NCBI GenBank assembly: GCA_965213685.1
Contig: CBDBZY010000044.1
Coordinates: 32,001-96,000 of the forward strand
Source: a bacterium
GTDB lineage: Bacteria; UBA8248
Direction: 5' to 3'
Length of the DNA: 64,000 nt
Shown in pieces: positions 1 through 10,126 of the stretch. The position numbers were made by a program, and so were the translations under genes. A model generated the notes under the pieces. The model had not been told where the DNA came from, ran no database searches, and saw only the letters and a list, made by a program, of their open reading frames with translations. Position 1 is the stretch's first letter. The number at the start of each line of letters is the position of its first letter.

Positions 1-1
1 G

Positions 2-337
2 GGCCTGGTCATCTCCTCCGTCGCGGGCGTCGCGGTGCAGCTGGCGGCTTCTCCTTTCCTGAGGCGAAAGAGCGTGGCGCCCTCCCAGTGGGACAGACGC
101 TCGCTGATCGCCATCGCTTCGGGCGGTTTGGTGAACATGCTCGCCGCCGTCTGCTTCTGGGTCGCCCTCAAGCAGGATCAGGTGGCCCACGTGGTCCCGC
201 TGCGGAGAACGTCCGTTTTGTTCGTGCTGCTGTTCTCCTGGATGTTTTACCGAAACCTCGAGCGCGTCACGCCCCGCGTCGTCGCGGGGGGCGTCCTCTC
301 CGTCGCGGGCGCTTTTCTGATCGTCCTGGGCCATTGA
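2..337 (+). CDS. EamA/DMT family transporter, 5'-truncated by the window edge
   Basis: Open from base 2; hydrophobic helices and a DMT-like C-terminus (VAHVVPLRRTSVLFVLLFSWMFYRNLERVT). Confidence 0.75.
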   Translation, partial: GLVISSVAGVAVQLAASPFLRRKSVAPSQWDRRSLIAIASGGLVNMLAAVCFWVALKQDQVAHVVPLRRTSVLFVLLFSWMFYRNLERVTPRVVAGGVLSVAGAFLIVLGH

Positions 338-338
338 G

Positions 339-1226
339 GTGGGGAACTTCGTCGCCATCGCCGACGCGCCGCCGGAATTCCGGGCGCTGCTGGGCGCGTT
401 CCTGTTCGCGTACAACCAAATCCTCATCCGCAGACTGCTCGAGCGCGCCTCGGCGCTGACGATCACCTTCTGGGTCAACGGGTGGATGGCGGTTGTGGCC
501 GCCGTCTTCTCGCCGTTGTCGGACGCCTACGAGGGTGATTTGGCGTCCGCTCTCGTGCTGTACGCGCTCATCGGCGTGGTGGGCAATCTCGTGGCGCGCT
601 ACAGCGCCCTGCGCTCCAGCGGGGACATCGGGGTGAGCAGGACGAACGCCATCGCGGCGGCGTCTCCCATCGGGGCGGCGGCGATGGGCGTGGCGCTTCT
701 GGGCGAACGCCCGGGCGCGGGCGTCTGGGCGGGAATCGCGCTCATCGTCGCCGGTCTGGCGGGACTCACTGGCGAGCGGGGAGCCGGCGGACGCTCCCCC
801 GGACGCTACACGTTCGCCTTCATCGGGCTGGCGGCGTTTTGCTTCACGCCGTATCTCCGCAAGGCCGGGCTGGCCGCCATGAACGCGCCCTGGCTGGGCA
901 TTCTGGTGGCCGCGGCCATCGCCAACGTGGGCTTGCTGGCCTCCTCGCGCCTCGCCTCGGCGGCCCAGAAATTTCGATGGGACCCGCAACTGGCGCTCGC
1001 CTGCGCGCCGGCGGGCCTGCTGGCACTCTCGGCCGCCGCGCTGTTTTGGACCGCGCTGCGCGACGGGCAGCTCGCGGTGATCGCCCCGCTCGTCCGCATG
1101 ACCCCGATCTTCGTCATGCTGCTCTCGGCGGTGCTGCTGCGCGATCTGGAAGTGGTGACGAAGCGCCTGGCGGCGGCCACGCTCATCGTCGTGGCGGGGG
1201 CCGTCCTGGTGACCTCGGGCGGGTGA
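339..1226 (+). CDS. EamA/DMT family transporter
   Basis: 295 aa, about 10 hydrophobic segments in two EamA repeats (ALLGERP; LAVIAPLVRMTPIFVMLLSAVLL). Confidence 0.85.
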   Translation: MGNFVAIADAPPEFRALLGAFLFAYNQILIRRLLERASALTITFWVNGWMAVVAAVFSPLSDAYEGDLASALVLYALIGVVGNLVARYSALRSSGDIGVSRTNAIAAASPIGAAAMGVALLGERPGAGVWAGIALIVAGLAGLTGERGAGGRSPGRYTFAFIGLAAFCFTPYLRKAGLAAMNAPWLGILVAAAIANVGLLASSRLASAAQKFRWDPQLALACAPAGLLALSAAALFWTALRDGQLAVIAPLVRMTPIFVMLLSAVLLRDLEVVTKRLAAATLIVVAGAVLVTSGG

Positions 1227-1363
1227 CGCTTCGGTTTGACCCGCCCCGCCCATTTCTGAGAGAATGGGCGCGTTTTCCTATCTTCCAACGATGCGCCTTC
1301 CGCGCCCGGGGCCCCGTGAGGGGGCGATGCGGGAGGCTCTTCACGGAGCATCATGGGGGTGCG

Positions 1364-1843
1364 ATGAAAATACTCCGGATCATTCCCGAGAAGTGCACTG
1401 GCTGCATGCGATGCGAACTCGCGTGCTCCTACGAGCAAACGGGGACGTTTCAGCCCTCGAAAGCGGTGATTCGCGTCTCCGCGTTCGAGGGCCACACGAG
1501 CTACGCACCCTACACCTGCCCGCAGTGCGACGAGGCCTGGTGCCTGACGGCGTGTCCGGTCGAGGCCATCGGCATCTCGCCGGCCGGGGCGAAGGAGGTG
1601 GCGGACGACATTTGCGTGGGCTGCAAGCTCTGCGCCATCGCGTGTCCCTACGGGACGATGTTCTATGACATCGACACCCACAAGGCGTTCAAGTGCGACC
1701 TGTGCGGGGGGAATCCCGCGTGCGCGGCGGTGTGCCCCACCGGCGCCATCCTCTACGAGGCGGCCGAGAAGACCGACTGGGTCGGTCCCTTTGCCGCGGA
1801 GCGGGCGAAATCGCCCGCCGGGCCGCTCGCGGAGGTGATCTAG
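1364..1843 (+). CDS. 4Fe-4S dicluster electron-transfer subunit (AorA/DmsB-like)
   Basis: Start taken at ATG 1364 (MKILRIIPEKCTGCMRCELAC); four Cys groups including CVGCKLCAIACP and KCDLCGGNPACAAVCP. Confidence 0.9.
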   Translation: MKILRIIPEKCTGCMRCELACSYEQTGTFQPSKAVIRVSAFEGHTSYAPYTCPQCDEAWCLTACPVEAIGISPAGAKEVADDICVGCKLCAIACPYGTMFYDIDTHKAFKCDLCGGNPACAAVCPTGAILYEAAEKTDWVGPFAAERAKSPAGPLAEVI

Positions 1844-1845
1844 CC

Positions 1846-3168
1846 ATGGCCAGACACGTCATCGTGGGCGGCGGAACCGCCGGCTGGAACGCCATCGCCA
1901 CCCTCCGGGAGCTGGACGGGGGCGACTCCGAGATCGTCCTCGTCGCCGATGAAACGCCGTATTCGCGGATGGTGCTGCCCTACTATCTGGCGCGGGATAT
2001 CGCGGAGTCCCACGTCTACATCGCGACGCCGCGCAAGCTCGCCGCACTGAACGTGGAGGCCCGCCTCGGTGCGCGCGCCGTGGGCATCGACGCGGCCGCC
2101 AACAGGCTCATCCTGGAGGGCGGCGCGGAGGTGGAATACGACAACCTGCTGCTCGCCACGGGCTCCTCTCCGGTGAAGGCGCCCGTGCCGGGGGCGGACG
2201 GAGAGGGGGTGCACAGCTTCTGGACGCTGCCCCAGGCGCGCGCCGTGGCGGCCGGTGCGGGTGCGGGTGCCCGCGTGGCGATGATCGGGGCGGGATTCAT
2301 CGCGTTCACGATACTCAACGCCCTGGTGAGTCGGGGGGTGCGGCTCACCGTGGTGGAGCTCGAATCGCGCATCCTGCCCCGCATGATAGACGATGCGGGC
2401 GCGGCGATCGTTCAGGACTGGCTCGTCCGGCGCGGCGTGGAGGTGCGGACCTCGGCCGAGGTGGCCTCCATCGAGGACAGGGAGGGGGCCAAGCTGCTCC
2501 GCTTCCGGGACGGCCCGGACCTGGAGGCGGACATGGTCATCATGGCCACCGGCATCCGGCCCAACGTCGACTGGGCGGCGGGCGCGGGCCTTGCAACCAA
2601 CCAGGGCATCCTGGTGGACGCGCACTGCCGCACGAGCGTGGAGAACATCTACGCGGCGGGGGACATCGCGGAGGGCCCCGACGCGGTGACGGGGGAGCGG
2701 GCCGTTCACGCCATCGAGCCCACCGCCATGCAGCATGGCCGGGTGGCGGCGGCCAACATGGCGGGCCGGCAGACCGCATACAAGGGCAGCCTGCTCATGA
2801 ACATCGTGGACGTCCTCGACCTGGAGGTCGCCAGCTTCGGCCACTGGGACGACGCGGAGGCGGAGGTCTTCGAGGCTTCCCTGCCCGGGCGTCCCGCCTA
2901 CCGGAAACTGCTGTTTCGCGGCGGGAGGATGACCGGTGCCATCATCCTGGGAAAAACCCGGGAGATATGGACGACGAACGACGTCGGGATGCTCAAGGGA
3001 CTCGTCTATACGGGGGCGGACCTCTCCGCCTGGAAGGAGCGTTTGCGGAAAAACCCCTTCGACGTCAAGCCCGCGTTCCTGGCCTCCGGCGCCGCGGGGA
3101 GCTTGCTGCCCGAAACCGTTTTGGGGCGTCCGTCGGCACAGGCGGGTGAAATCGCCATCTCTTCATGA
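1846..3168 (+). CDS. FAD/NAD(P)-dependent oxidoreductase (AorC / NADH:rubredoxin reductase-like)
   Basis: ATG 1846 after GGAGG; VIVGGGTAG, LLLATGS, IGAGFIA and TSVENIYAAGD motifs. Confidence 0.88.
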   Translation: MARHVIVGGGTAGWNAIATLRELDGGDSEIVLVADETPYSRMVLPYYLARDIAESHVYIATPRKLAALNVEARLGARAVGIDAAANRLILEGGAEVEYDNLLLATGSSPVKAPVPGADGEGVHSFWTLPQARAVAAGAGAGARVAMIGAGFIAFTILNALVSRGVRLTVVELESRILPRMIDDAGAAIVQDWLVRRGVEVRTSAEVASIEDREGAKLLRFRDGPDLEADMVIMATGIRPNVDWAAGAGLATNQGILVDAHCRTSVENIYAAGDIAEGPDAVTGERAVHAIEPTAMQHGRVAAANMAGRQTAYKGSLLMNIVDVLDLEVASFGHWDDAEAEVFEASLPGRPAYRKLLFRGGRMTGAIILGKTREIWTTNDVGMLKGLVYTGADLSAWKERLRKNPFDVKPAFLASGAAGSLLPETVLGRPSAQAGEIAISS

Positions 3169-5057
3169 ACAAGGGGGCCGATGCCTTGACCGATTATGCG
3201 TATGCGGGAGAAATCCTCCGGGTCGATCTCTCGAACGGAAAGACCTGGAGCCAGAGGTTCGAGGCGGCCGACCGCAGAAAGTGGGTGGGCGGCGCGGGCT
3301 TGGGCGCCAAGATTTTGTGGGATGAGGTGCCGCCCGAGGCGGGCTGGGATCATCCCGAGAATCGCCTCGTTCTGGCCACGGGCCCCCTGGCGGGCCTGCC
3401 GGTGTGGGGGACGGGCGGGCTGACCGTGGTGACGCGGGGCGCGCTCACGGGCGGTGCCACCAACACCCAGGCGAACGGCTTTTTTGGAGCGAACCTCAAG
3501 TATTGCGGCTATGACGCCATCGTGTTTCAGGGGCAATCGCCCGACTGGGTCTATCTCCACATTCACGATGGCGGGGCGGAGCTGCGCCCGGCCGGCGGGC
3601 TGCTGGGCAAGGACACCTGGGAGACGCAGCAGGCACTCGAGGAGACCTTGCGCCTGAGCGGCCACAACCTGAGCGTCTACAGCATCGGGCGCGCAGGGGA
3701 GAGCCTCGTGCGCTTCGCCGCCATACAGGGCGACTACGGCCACGTGGCGAGCAAGAACGGCTGCGGGGCCGTGATGGGGAAGAAGAGGGTGAAGGCGGTG
3801 GCGATCGAGCGCGGCCAGAAGGGGGTCTCGGCGGCGCACCCCCGGGCGCTTTTCGACGCGGCGGACGACATCGCCCACAGCCTCCGCAACGATCCCTCCA
3901 CCAGGGGGCTCTACCTGTACGGCACCCTGGGCGGCGTCAGAAACCTCCAGGGCATGGGCGCGCTCCCGATTCGCAACTACACGACGAACCTGTGGCCCGA
4001 GGGAGTCGAAACGAAGCAATGGGAGGCGAACGGCCTGCGCGAGGGCTTCGATCACCGCGGCCATCAGTGCAGCGCGTGCGGGATGCACCATTGCCACATG
4101 CAGGTCATCTCCTCCGGCCCCTACAAGGGACAGGTGGTGGATGAGCCGGAGTATGAGGGCTGGTCGGGTGCGGGCTGGACGATTGGCGCCACGGACCCCC
4201 AGCAGGTGAGCTGGATGAACACCCGGCTCGACCGCGCCTGCGTGGACGTGAACGAGTTCGGATGGCTTTGCGGCTGGGTGATGGAGTGCCAGCAAAAGGG
4301 CTACATCACGGAGGAGGACCTGGGCTTCCGCCTGGAGTGGGGCGACATCGACGGCGCCAACAGGCTGCTCGACATGATCAGCCGGCGCGAGGGGGTGGGC
4401 GATCTGCTGGCCGAGGGGGTCAAGCGCGCGGCGGAGAAGCTCGGCGGGGACGCGCAGGATTGCGCCATCTATACGGAGATCGGCAACTCCCCCAGGGGGC
4501 ACGACCACCGCTCCCGCTGGGAGGAGCTGATCGACACCTGCACGGGTTCGGGCGGCACGCTCGATACTGCCCCGCCGGTGTTCCCGACGGACTATGGCCT
4601 GCCGGCGCGGGTGGAGCCGCAGGACCCGGTGGCGGTGCCGAAGCACGTGGGCGGCCTCCGGGGGCGCCGCGCGTTCGAGGATTCCCTGGGGGCGTGCGTG
4701 TTCACCACGCGCGCGCCGATGGACGTCTTGTGCCGCTCGGTGCAGGCGGCCACCGGATGGGACCTGGACAAGGACGAGGCGATACAAACGGGCCGCCGCA
4801 TCAACGCCCTGATGCGCGCGTTCAACCTGCGCTGCGGCATCGGCCCCGAACGCGAGAAGCCCTCGAAGCGCTACGCCTCCACGCCGGTGGACGGGCCAAT
4901 CGCGGGCGTCTCGATCATGGACCACTGGGAGGGGATGCTCGCCCTTTGGTATGAGACGGTGGGCTACGACAGGGAGACGGGTCGCCCCACGCCCGCGCTG
5001 CTGCGCGAACTCGGCCTCGAGGACGTCGCCGAGACCCTCTGGGGTGCGGAGAGGTAG
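3165..5057 (+). CDS. Aldehyde:ferredoxin oxidoreductase (W/Mo-bis-pterin, AOR family) catalytic subunit
   Basis: ILRVDLS N-terminus, LKYCGYDAIV, SIGRAGE, GCGAVMGKKRVKA, CxxCxxxC, EPEYE, and DSLGAC motifs; ATGA overlap with the upstream gene. Confidence 0.92.
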   Translation: MNKGADALTDYAYAGEILRVDLSNGKTWSQRFEAADRRKWVGGAGLGAKILWDEVPPEAGWDHPENRLVLATGPLAGLPVWGTGGLTVVTRGALTGGATNTQANGFFGANLKYCGYDAIVFQGQSPDWVYLHIHDGGAELRPAGGLLGKDTWETQQALEETLRLSGHNLSVYSIGRAGESLVRFAAIQGDYGHVASKNGCGAVMGKKRVKAVAIERGQKGVSAAHPRALFDAADDIAHSLRNDPSTRGLYLYGTLGGVRNLQGMGALPIRNYTTNLWPEGVETKQWEANGLREGFDHRGHQCSACGMHHCHMQVISSGPYKGQVVDEPEYEGWSGAGWTIGATDPQQVSWMNTRLDRACVDVNEFGWLCGWVMECQQKGYITEEDLGFRLEWGDIDGANRLLDMISRREGVGDLLAEGVKRAAEKLGGDAQDCAIYTEIGNSPRGHDHRSRWEELIDTCTGSGGTLDTAPPVFPTDYGLPARVEPQDPVAVPKHVGGLRGRRAFEDSLGACVFTTRAPMDVLCRSVQAATGWDLDKDEAIQTGRRINALMRAFNLRCGIGPEREKPSKRYASTPVDGPIAGVSIMDHWEGMLALWYETVGYDRETGRPTPALLRELGLEDVAETLWGAER

Positions 5058-5089
5058 CGCGCCTTCGACCAGGGGGAGAGGGGGCGCCC

Positions 5090-5419
5090 ATGAGCGGGCC
5101 GGCAAAAGGCGGCGAGGGCATTCGCGTCCGGCTGGAGTTCGTCTCTTGGGCGTCAACGTTCGTGGGCGGCGACGGGAACGAGCGGAAGGTGTTTCACGAG
5201 GAGGCTCCCCGGGGCGCCACTCTCCGCGACGTGCTCAAGCAGATGAGCCGGCGCCACCGGCCGCTAGACGAGGCGCTTTGGCACAAAGGCTCCGGCGAGC
5301 TGGCCGAGCACCTGGAGATCGCCGTGAACGACGCGCTCCTGGGCATCCGCCACACGCTGGATTCGGAGATGAAAGAAGGCGACCTCATCCTCCTGATGGG
5401 GCAATACATGGGCGGATGA
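5090..5419 (+). CDS. MoaD/ThiS-family sulfur carrier
   Basis: 109 aa ubiquitin-like pattern (IAVND...MKEGDLILL) ending in GG; follows the AOR gene. Confidence 0.85.
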   Translation: MSGPAKGGEGIRVRLEFVSWASTFVGGDGNERKVFHEEAPRGATLRDVLKQMSRRHRPLDEALWHKGSGELAEHLEIAVNDALLGIRHTLDSEMKEGDLILLMGQYMGG

Positions 5420-5580
5420 AGGGGGGAGGGAGAGGCGCTGCTGTTCGGGTTCCTTATCGAGTCCGCAACCCTTTCATGAGGTCTTCCAGGCCGTCTATCG
5501 GGCAGGCGAACACCGCATCGCCTGAGGCCAACCTCCTCAGCCCCTCCATGCGCGATACCCCGGTCTGCCCATCCCGACCG

Positions 5581-6510
5581 CTATAACGCATTGAGGAATC
5601 TCCTAGCCAGACCGAAGCTCATTCTTCTTCTGTACAAACCGTCGTCGCGCCTGCCCTTGAACGGGGTCAGGAAAACGTCGGCGGTGTGGCGGCGAAATGT
5701 TTTGATGCGCCGATTCAGTTTTTCCGCCAGCCGGGGCACGTTCCGGAAGTCGCCGCTGATGCGCGTGATGAACCTCGAGGACACCTTGATGGGATAATCC
5801 GCGATTTCCTTCGCACTGCAAAACCGGATGGAAGGCTCTTTCGTATTGTCGAACGAGATGAATCCCAACTCGCCCTCGGGGTCGTTGAACCTCAGGGCGT
5901 TGTCGCTTCTCGCGACGGGCAGACGTTTCTGCATGTCGTCCAGGGAACCCTTGTACTCGTTGTCATACCAGATGCCCACATCCTGGGTCTCTTGATCGTC
6001 GAACAGCGCCAGGCAGACGGGATTTTCCGTATCGCGGAACATTCCGTCGTGCAGCAGCACGTAACTCCGCAGCCGGGAGCGGAACAGCCTGGCGTGCAGA
6101 AAACTCGCCGGAATCAGGATGGCGACGTGCGCGCAATGCTTCAGGCATAACCCCAGGCAGTGCTTGTAGAGGTCGTCGTATTCCGAATCCGGGAATTCCA
6201 GTCCCCTGCGCGTGGCGGAATTGCGCGCGAGCCAGGGCGGATTCGTGACGCATACGTCGTATCCTTCCGGGAAGTCCGCGATGGTGTCTCGTCTTTGGAC
6301 GGCACGGCCCGCCGGTGCCAGATCATACGATGCGAACGCGCCGCACGCGCCCGCCTCCCGCAGCACCCGGATGATGTGGTTCGCTCCGGCGAACGGCTCC
6401 AGTATGCGGGCGCGGGGCAGACCGGCCTTTTGCGCCCACCACCGGAACGGCTCCAGATGGAAGGGGTTGCCCCTGGTGTAGAATTGCCCTTGCGCGCGCT
6501 TGCTGCTCAT
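5581..6510 (-). CDS. Putative amino-type DNA methyltransferase
   Basis: GQFYT motif X, ILEPFAG motif I and VTNPPW motif IV; less GC-rich than neighbouring genes. Confidence 0.7.
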   Translation of the reverse strand: MSSKRAQGQFYTRGNPFHLEPFRWWAQKAGLPRARILEPFAGANHIIRVLREAGACGAFASYDLAPAGRAVQRRDTIADFPEGYDVCVTNPPWLARNSATRRGLEFPDSEYDDLYKHCLGLCLKHCAHVAILIPASFLHARLFRSRLRSYVLLHDGMFRDTENPVCLALFDDQETQDVGIWYDNEYKGSLDDMQKRLPVARSDNALRFNDPEGELGFISFDNTKEPSIRFCSAKEIADYPIKVSSRFITRISGDFRNVPRLAEKLNRRIKTFRRHTADVFLTPFKGRRDDGLYRRRMSFGLARRFLNAL

Positions 6511-6650
6511 GGGCGATTCCAGTGTGGCGGAGAGATGAGGGCGTTTTCGTTGATGAGGTTATCACATCGTCCCGCAACCTCTCCACGAAAAATCAGCGCA
6601 TCTGGCGGATTCCCGCCCCTCCTCCTCCCCCTGATGCGGAGGCGTTGCGC

Positions 6651-7118
6651 TCAGAGGGGATGGTTCGGGTCGAGGACGCCCAGAAACTCGACGCAGCGCG
6701 CAGCCTCGGCGGATTCCCCGATGGCGTCGGCACACTGCGCCAGGCCTCGGATCGCGCGCAGGAACGGGCGGTTGGCGGGCGTTTCCCAAAGGATGCGCCC
6801 ATCGCCGCGCCAGCCCGAGGCGCGTGCCTTGTCCAGCCCCCGGTGGTAGGCGACCCGGAAAAAGGCGTATGCGCTGAGGGCCTCTCCGCCCGCCCGCGCG
6901 ATTCGGCCCATCGCCACCCAGCCGGAGAGGGCGTCGGGATGTCGGGCCACCAGGCACCGCAGCTCCCGCATGGCCGCTCCGCCATCCTCCTCCTCCGCCG
7001 ACAGGATTTTCTCGCAGAGCGGCTCCACAGCTTCGAGTTCTTCCGGCTCGGGCGGAAGCGACGCACCGGGAATCCCCCCGGAGGCGATCTCGAACAAATC
7101 GTCCGCTTCGTTTGGCAT
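6651..7118 (-). CDS. DUF3151-family protein
   Basis: AYAFFRVAYHRGLDKARASGWRGDGRILWETPANRPFLRA resembles the family signature (AYAYARxGYHRGLDxLRxxGWKGxGxVPWxHxPNRGFLR). Confidence 0.75.
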   Translation of the reverse strand: MPNEADDLFEIASGGIPGASLPPEPEELEAVEPLCEKILSAEEEDGGAAMRELRCLVARHPDALSGWVAMGRIARAGGEALSAYAFFRVAYHRGLDKARASGWRGDGRILWETPANRPFLRAIRGLAQCADAIGESAEAARCVEFLGVLDPNHPL

Positions 7119-7236
7119 GGCGAATCCCTTTTTGAAGGAGGCTTCCGCATGTCATTATACGCCGGGCCATGCTACACTGCCCGCGGTTTTGGGTGAACGG
7201 CGCGCCTGCGCATAATCTGCTGGAGGTCCGGCCCCC

Positions 7237-8493
7237 ATGTCATCCGCACTCGCGATGCGCGACCCGGAAGTTTTCGCCGCCATGGAGGAGGAGAGAAAAC
7301 GCCAGGCGGACGAGCTGGAGCTCATCGCTTCGGAGAACTACGTGAGCGAGGCGGTGATGGAGGCGACGGGCGGCGTGATGACGAACAAATACGCCGAAGG
7401 ATTCCCGGGCAGGAGGTATTACGGCGGCTGTCAGTTCGTGGACGTGGCCGAATCCCTCGCCATCGAGCGGGCGAAGTCCCTTTTCGGCGTGGATCACGCC
7501 TCCGTGCAGCCGCACAGCGGCGCCCAGGCGAACGCGGCGGTGTATTACGGCTTGCTGGAGCCGGGCGACACGCTTCTGGGCATGAACCTCTCGCACGGGG
7601 GCCACCTCACCCACGGGCATCCCGTCACCTTCTCGGGCCGCTGGTTCGAGGTGGTGGCCTACGGCGTGGACGCCGAGAACCACGTCATCGACTTCGACGA
7701 GGTGGAGAGCCAGGCCCGGGCGCATCGGCCCAAGGTCATCGTCGTGGGGGCGAGCGCGTATCCGCGCCGGATCGATTACGCGCGCTTCCGGGAGATCGCC
7801 GACGAGGTGGGCGCCGTGGTGATGGCGGACATCGCCCACGTCGCGGGACTCATCGCGGGCGGGGCGCACCCCAGCCCGGCGGGCCACGCGCAGATCATCA
7901 CCACCACGACGCACAAGACGCTCCGGGGCCCGCGCGGCGGCATGATCCTTTGCGACGCGGACTACGCGGCGGCGATGGACAAGGCGGTTTTCCCGGGCCT
8001 CCAGGGCGGCCCCCTGATGCACGTCGTCGCGGCCAAGGCGGTGGCGCTCCGGGAGGCGGCCAGCCCGGAGTTCCGGAGCTACGCGGAGCAGATCGTGAAA
8101 AACGCCAAGGCACTCGCCGGCGCGCTCCGGCGGCGCGGAATTCATCTTGTATCCGGCGGGACGGACAACCATTTGATTCTGCTCGACCTGCGCGAGGCCG
8201 GCTTCAGCGGCAAGAAGGCGGAGGCCGCCCTGGGCCGGGCGGGAATCACGGTGAACAAAAACGCCATCCCCTTCGACACCAGGAAACCGGCGTTCACGAG
8301 CGGGATTCGCATCGGAACGCCCGCGCTGACGTCGCGCCACATGAAAGAAGCCGAGATGGAGGCGGTGGGCGGCTGGATGGCCGACGTGCTGGCCGACATC
8401 ACGGATGAGGGGCGCATCGCCTCGGTGCGAGAGGACGTCCGCGCGCTGTGCGCGAAATTCCCGTTGGGAGCGGACGGGGCGCGGCCGGAATAG
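7237..8493 (+). CDS. glyA: Serine hydroxymethyltransferase
   Basis: [34 protein letters not shown] and [13 protein letters not shown] (PLP lysine). Confidence 0.98.
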   Translation: MSSALAMRDPEVFAAMEEERKRQADELELIASENYVSEAVMEATGGVMTNKYAEGFPGRRYYGGCQFVDVAESLAIERAKSLFGVDHASVQPHSGAQANAAVYYGLLEPGDTLLGMNLSHGGHLTHGHPVTFSGRWFEVVAYGVDAENHVIDFDEVESQARAHRPKVIVVGASAYPRRIDYARFREIADEVGAVVMADIAHVAGLIAGGAHPSPAGHAQIITTTTHKTLRGPRGGMILCDADYAAAMDKAVFPGLQGGPLMHVVAAKAVALREAASPEFRSYAEQIVKNAKALAGALRRRGIHLVSGGTDNHLILLDLREAGFSGKKAEAALGRAGITVNKNAIPFDTRKPAFTSGIRIGTPALTSRHMKEAEMEAVGGWMADVLADITDEGRIASVREDVRALCAKFPLGADGARPE

Positions 8494-8507
8494 CGGGCCT
8501 CCGCGCG

Positions 8508-9926
8508 CTACAGGGGCGGCTTCTCCACTTTCACGATTCCCGCTTTTTCCAGCCGATGCACGAACGCCAGCGTGTGGTGATCCGCAAAGGGCGCGCCCAT
8601 GATTTGCGCACCCAGGGGGAGTCCCTCCGCGCTCATCCCCGCGGGAAACGCCGTGGACGGTCCGCCAAAGAAGTTCCAGAGTCTCGTCAGGGAGATCAGC
8701 AGCGTTCGGATTTCAACCTCTTTTCCCCGCACTGTCCCGACCGACGCGGAGTGCGGAGCGGCGGGAATGGGCGTGGCGGCGGAGAGCACGAGATCCACCC
8801 GGCCATAGATTTCCCTCCGGACGCGCCGCGCCCATTGTTCCCGGAAGCGGAGCGCCTGAATGTATGAGGTCGCGGAAGTGAAGAAACCGGGCCGGATCCT
8901 CTCCAGGACTCCCGGGTCGAAATCCCGCGCCCTTTCGCGTATGTTCCGCTCATGGGCAGCCGCCGCCTCGGACACCATGATCACCGAGGCCGCCTGAAAC
9001 GCATGGTCGACGTCCGGTATCCGGACGTCCACGATTTCGGCGCCCGCCTCCCGCATGTCCGCCGCCAGCCTGTCCACCGCTTCGGCCACCGGAGGCTCCG
9101 AGCGCCGTTCGTCGTATGCGCGCGCGCGGCCGACGCGCACCCCTTCGATGGGCCTGTCCAGCGCGCCCATGAAATCGGGCGGGGCGCAGGCAACCGAGGA
9201 AGCGTCGGCCGGGTCGTGTCCCGAGATGGCGGACATCATCAGCGCGCAGTCCTCGGCGGACCTCGCCAGCGGCCCGAAAGAATCCAGCGACCATGACAGC
9301 GGGACGCAGCGCGATTTCGGGACGAGGCCGTGGGTGGGCTTGTGCCCGATGACGCCGCACAGGGACGCGGGAATCCGGATGGAGCCGCCCGTGTCGGAGC
9401 CGATGGCGATGGAGACCTGGCCCGTGGCCGCGCTGTTGCCCGAACCGCCGCTCGAGCCGCCGGTGATCCGCCCGGTGCCCCACGGGTTTTTCTGATCCCC
9501 GTAATGGGGGTTGTGTCCGGTGGGTCCAAAGGCGTATTCGTGGAGGTTCAGCTTGCCGAGTATCACGCCGCCCGCCTGGCGAATCCTGCGGGTCAGCGGA
9601 GCGTCCGAGTCCGCGACGCGCCCCTTGTCGATGACGCTGCCCGCCGTGGTGGGGAGGCCTTCCGCGTCGATCAAGTCCTTCAGGCCTATCGGCGCGCCGG
9701 CCATCGGCCCCGGGTCGTCGCCTCGGGCGATGGCGGCGTCCACCTCCCGCGCCGCCCGCATGGCGCCCTCCGGGTCGAGCGTGATCCAGGAGTTCAGCGC
9801 TGCTCCGATTTCCTCCGAACGACGGAGGTGCGCGGAGGCGACCTGCGCGGCGCTGACGCTTCTCCCCCGGACGCGCGCCGCGATTTGCGCGGCGGTGAGA
9901 TTCGTGAGCTCCTGTGCCAACGTCAT
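8508..9926 (-). CDS. Amidase-signature family amidase (GatA/AtzE-like)
   Basis: Start ATG 9926 (MTLAQELTNL); IGLKDLI, GKLNLHEYA, GGSSGGS and GSDTGGSIRIPAS (Ser-cisSer-Lys triad). Confidence 0.9.
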   Translation of the reverse strand: MTLAQELTNLTAAQIAARVRGRSVSAAQVASAHLRRSEEIGAALNSWITLDPEGAMRAAREVDAAIARGDDPGPMAGAPIGLKDLIDAEGLPTTAGSVIDKGRVADSDAPLTRRIRQAGGVILGKLNLHEYAFGPTGHNPHYGDQKNPWGTGRITGGSSGGSGNSAATGQVSIAIGSDTGGSIRIPASLCGVIGHKPTHGLVPKSRCVPLSWSLDSFGPLARSAEDCALMMSAISGHDPADASSVACAPPDFMGALDRPIEGVRVGRARAYDERRSEPPVAEAVDRLAADMREAGAEIVDVRIPDVDHAFQAASVIMVSEAAAAHERNIRERARDFDPGVLERIRPGFFTSATSYIQALRFREQWARRVRREIYGRVDLVLSAATPIPAAPHSASVGTVRGKEVEIRTLLISLTRLWNFFGGPSTAFPAGMSAEGLPLGAQIMGAPFADHHTLAFVHRLEKAGIVKVEKPPL

Positions 9927-10126
9927 TTCTTCTCCGCCGCGAGGGAGCGCAGGAAGCCCGCGTGGCCGGCGGGCTCCGCCCCGGGCGAGAGGCGCTGAAG
10001 CAGCGCGCCGTGCCCGTTCTCGAGGGTTTCCAGGGTGGCGCTGATGGCAGCGCGCCTCTCGGGGTCGAGCGCATCCCCGAATGCGTCGCCGCACCGGTTT
10101 TTCCACTCCGCATCCGAGGTCGCCAT
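9923..10126 (-). CDS. Small hypothetical protein coupled to the amidase (possible GatC/AtzG-like partner)
   Basis: 67 aa (MATSDAEWKNRC...LAAEKK), strong SD (AGGAGAAGGA), ATGA overlap with the amidase start. Confidence 0.6.
   Translation of the reverse strand: MATSDAEWKNRCGDAFGDALDPERRAAISATLETLENGHGALLQRLSPGAEPAGHAGFLRSLAAEKK

Noticed and set aside
1227-1363. Hairpin-rich leader of the AOR operon as a possible Moco/Wco riboswitch
   Set aside because: Conserved Moco RNA motifs are not recognisable; GC hairpins and a TTGACC..GAGAAT promoter-like sequence explain it. An Infernal search would settle it.
7119-7236. Possible ZTP (pfl) riboswitch upstream of glyA
   Set aside because: Only a partial CGCCUG match; the GACUGGCG and GGGGAGC elements are missing.
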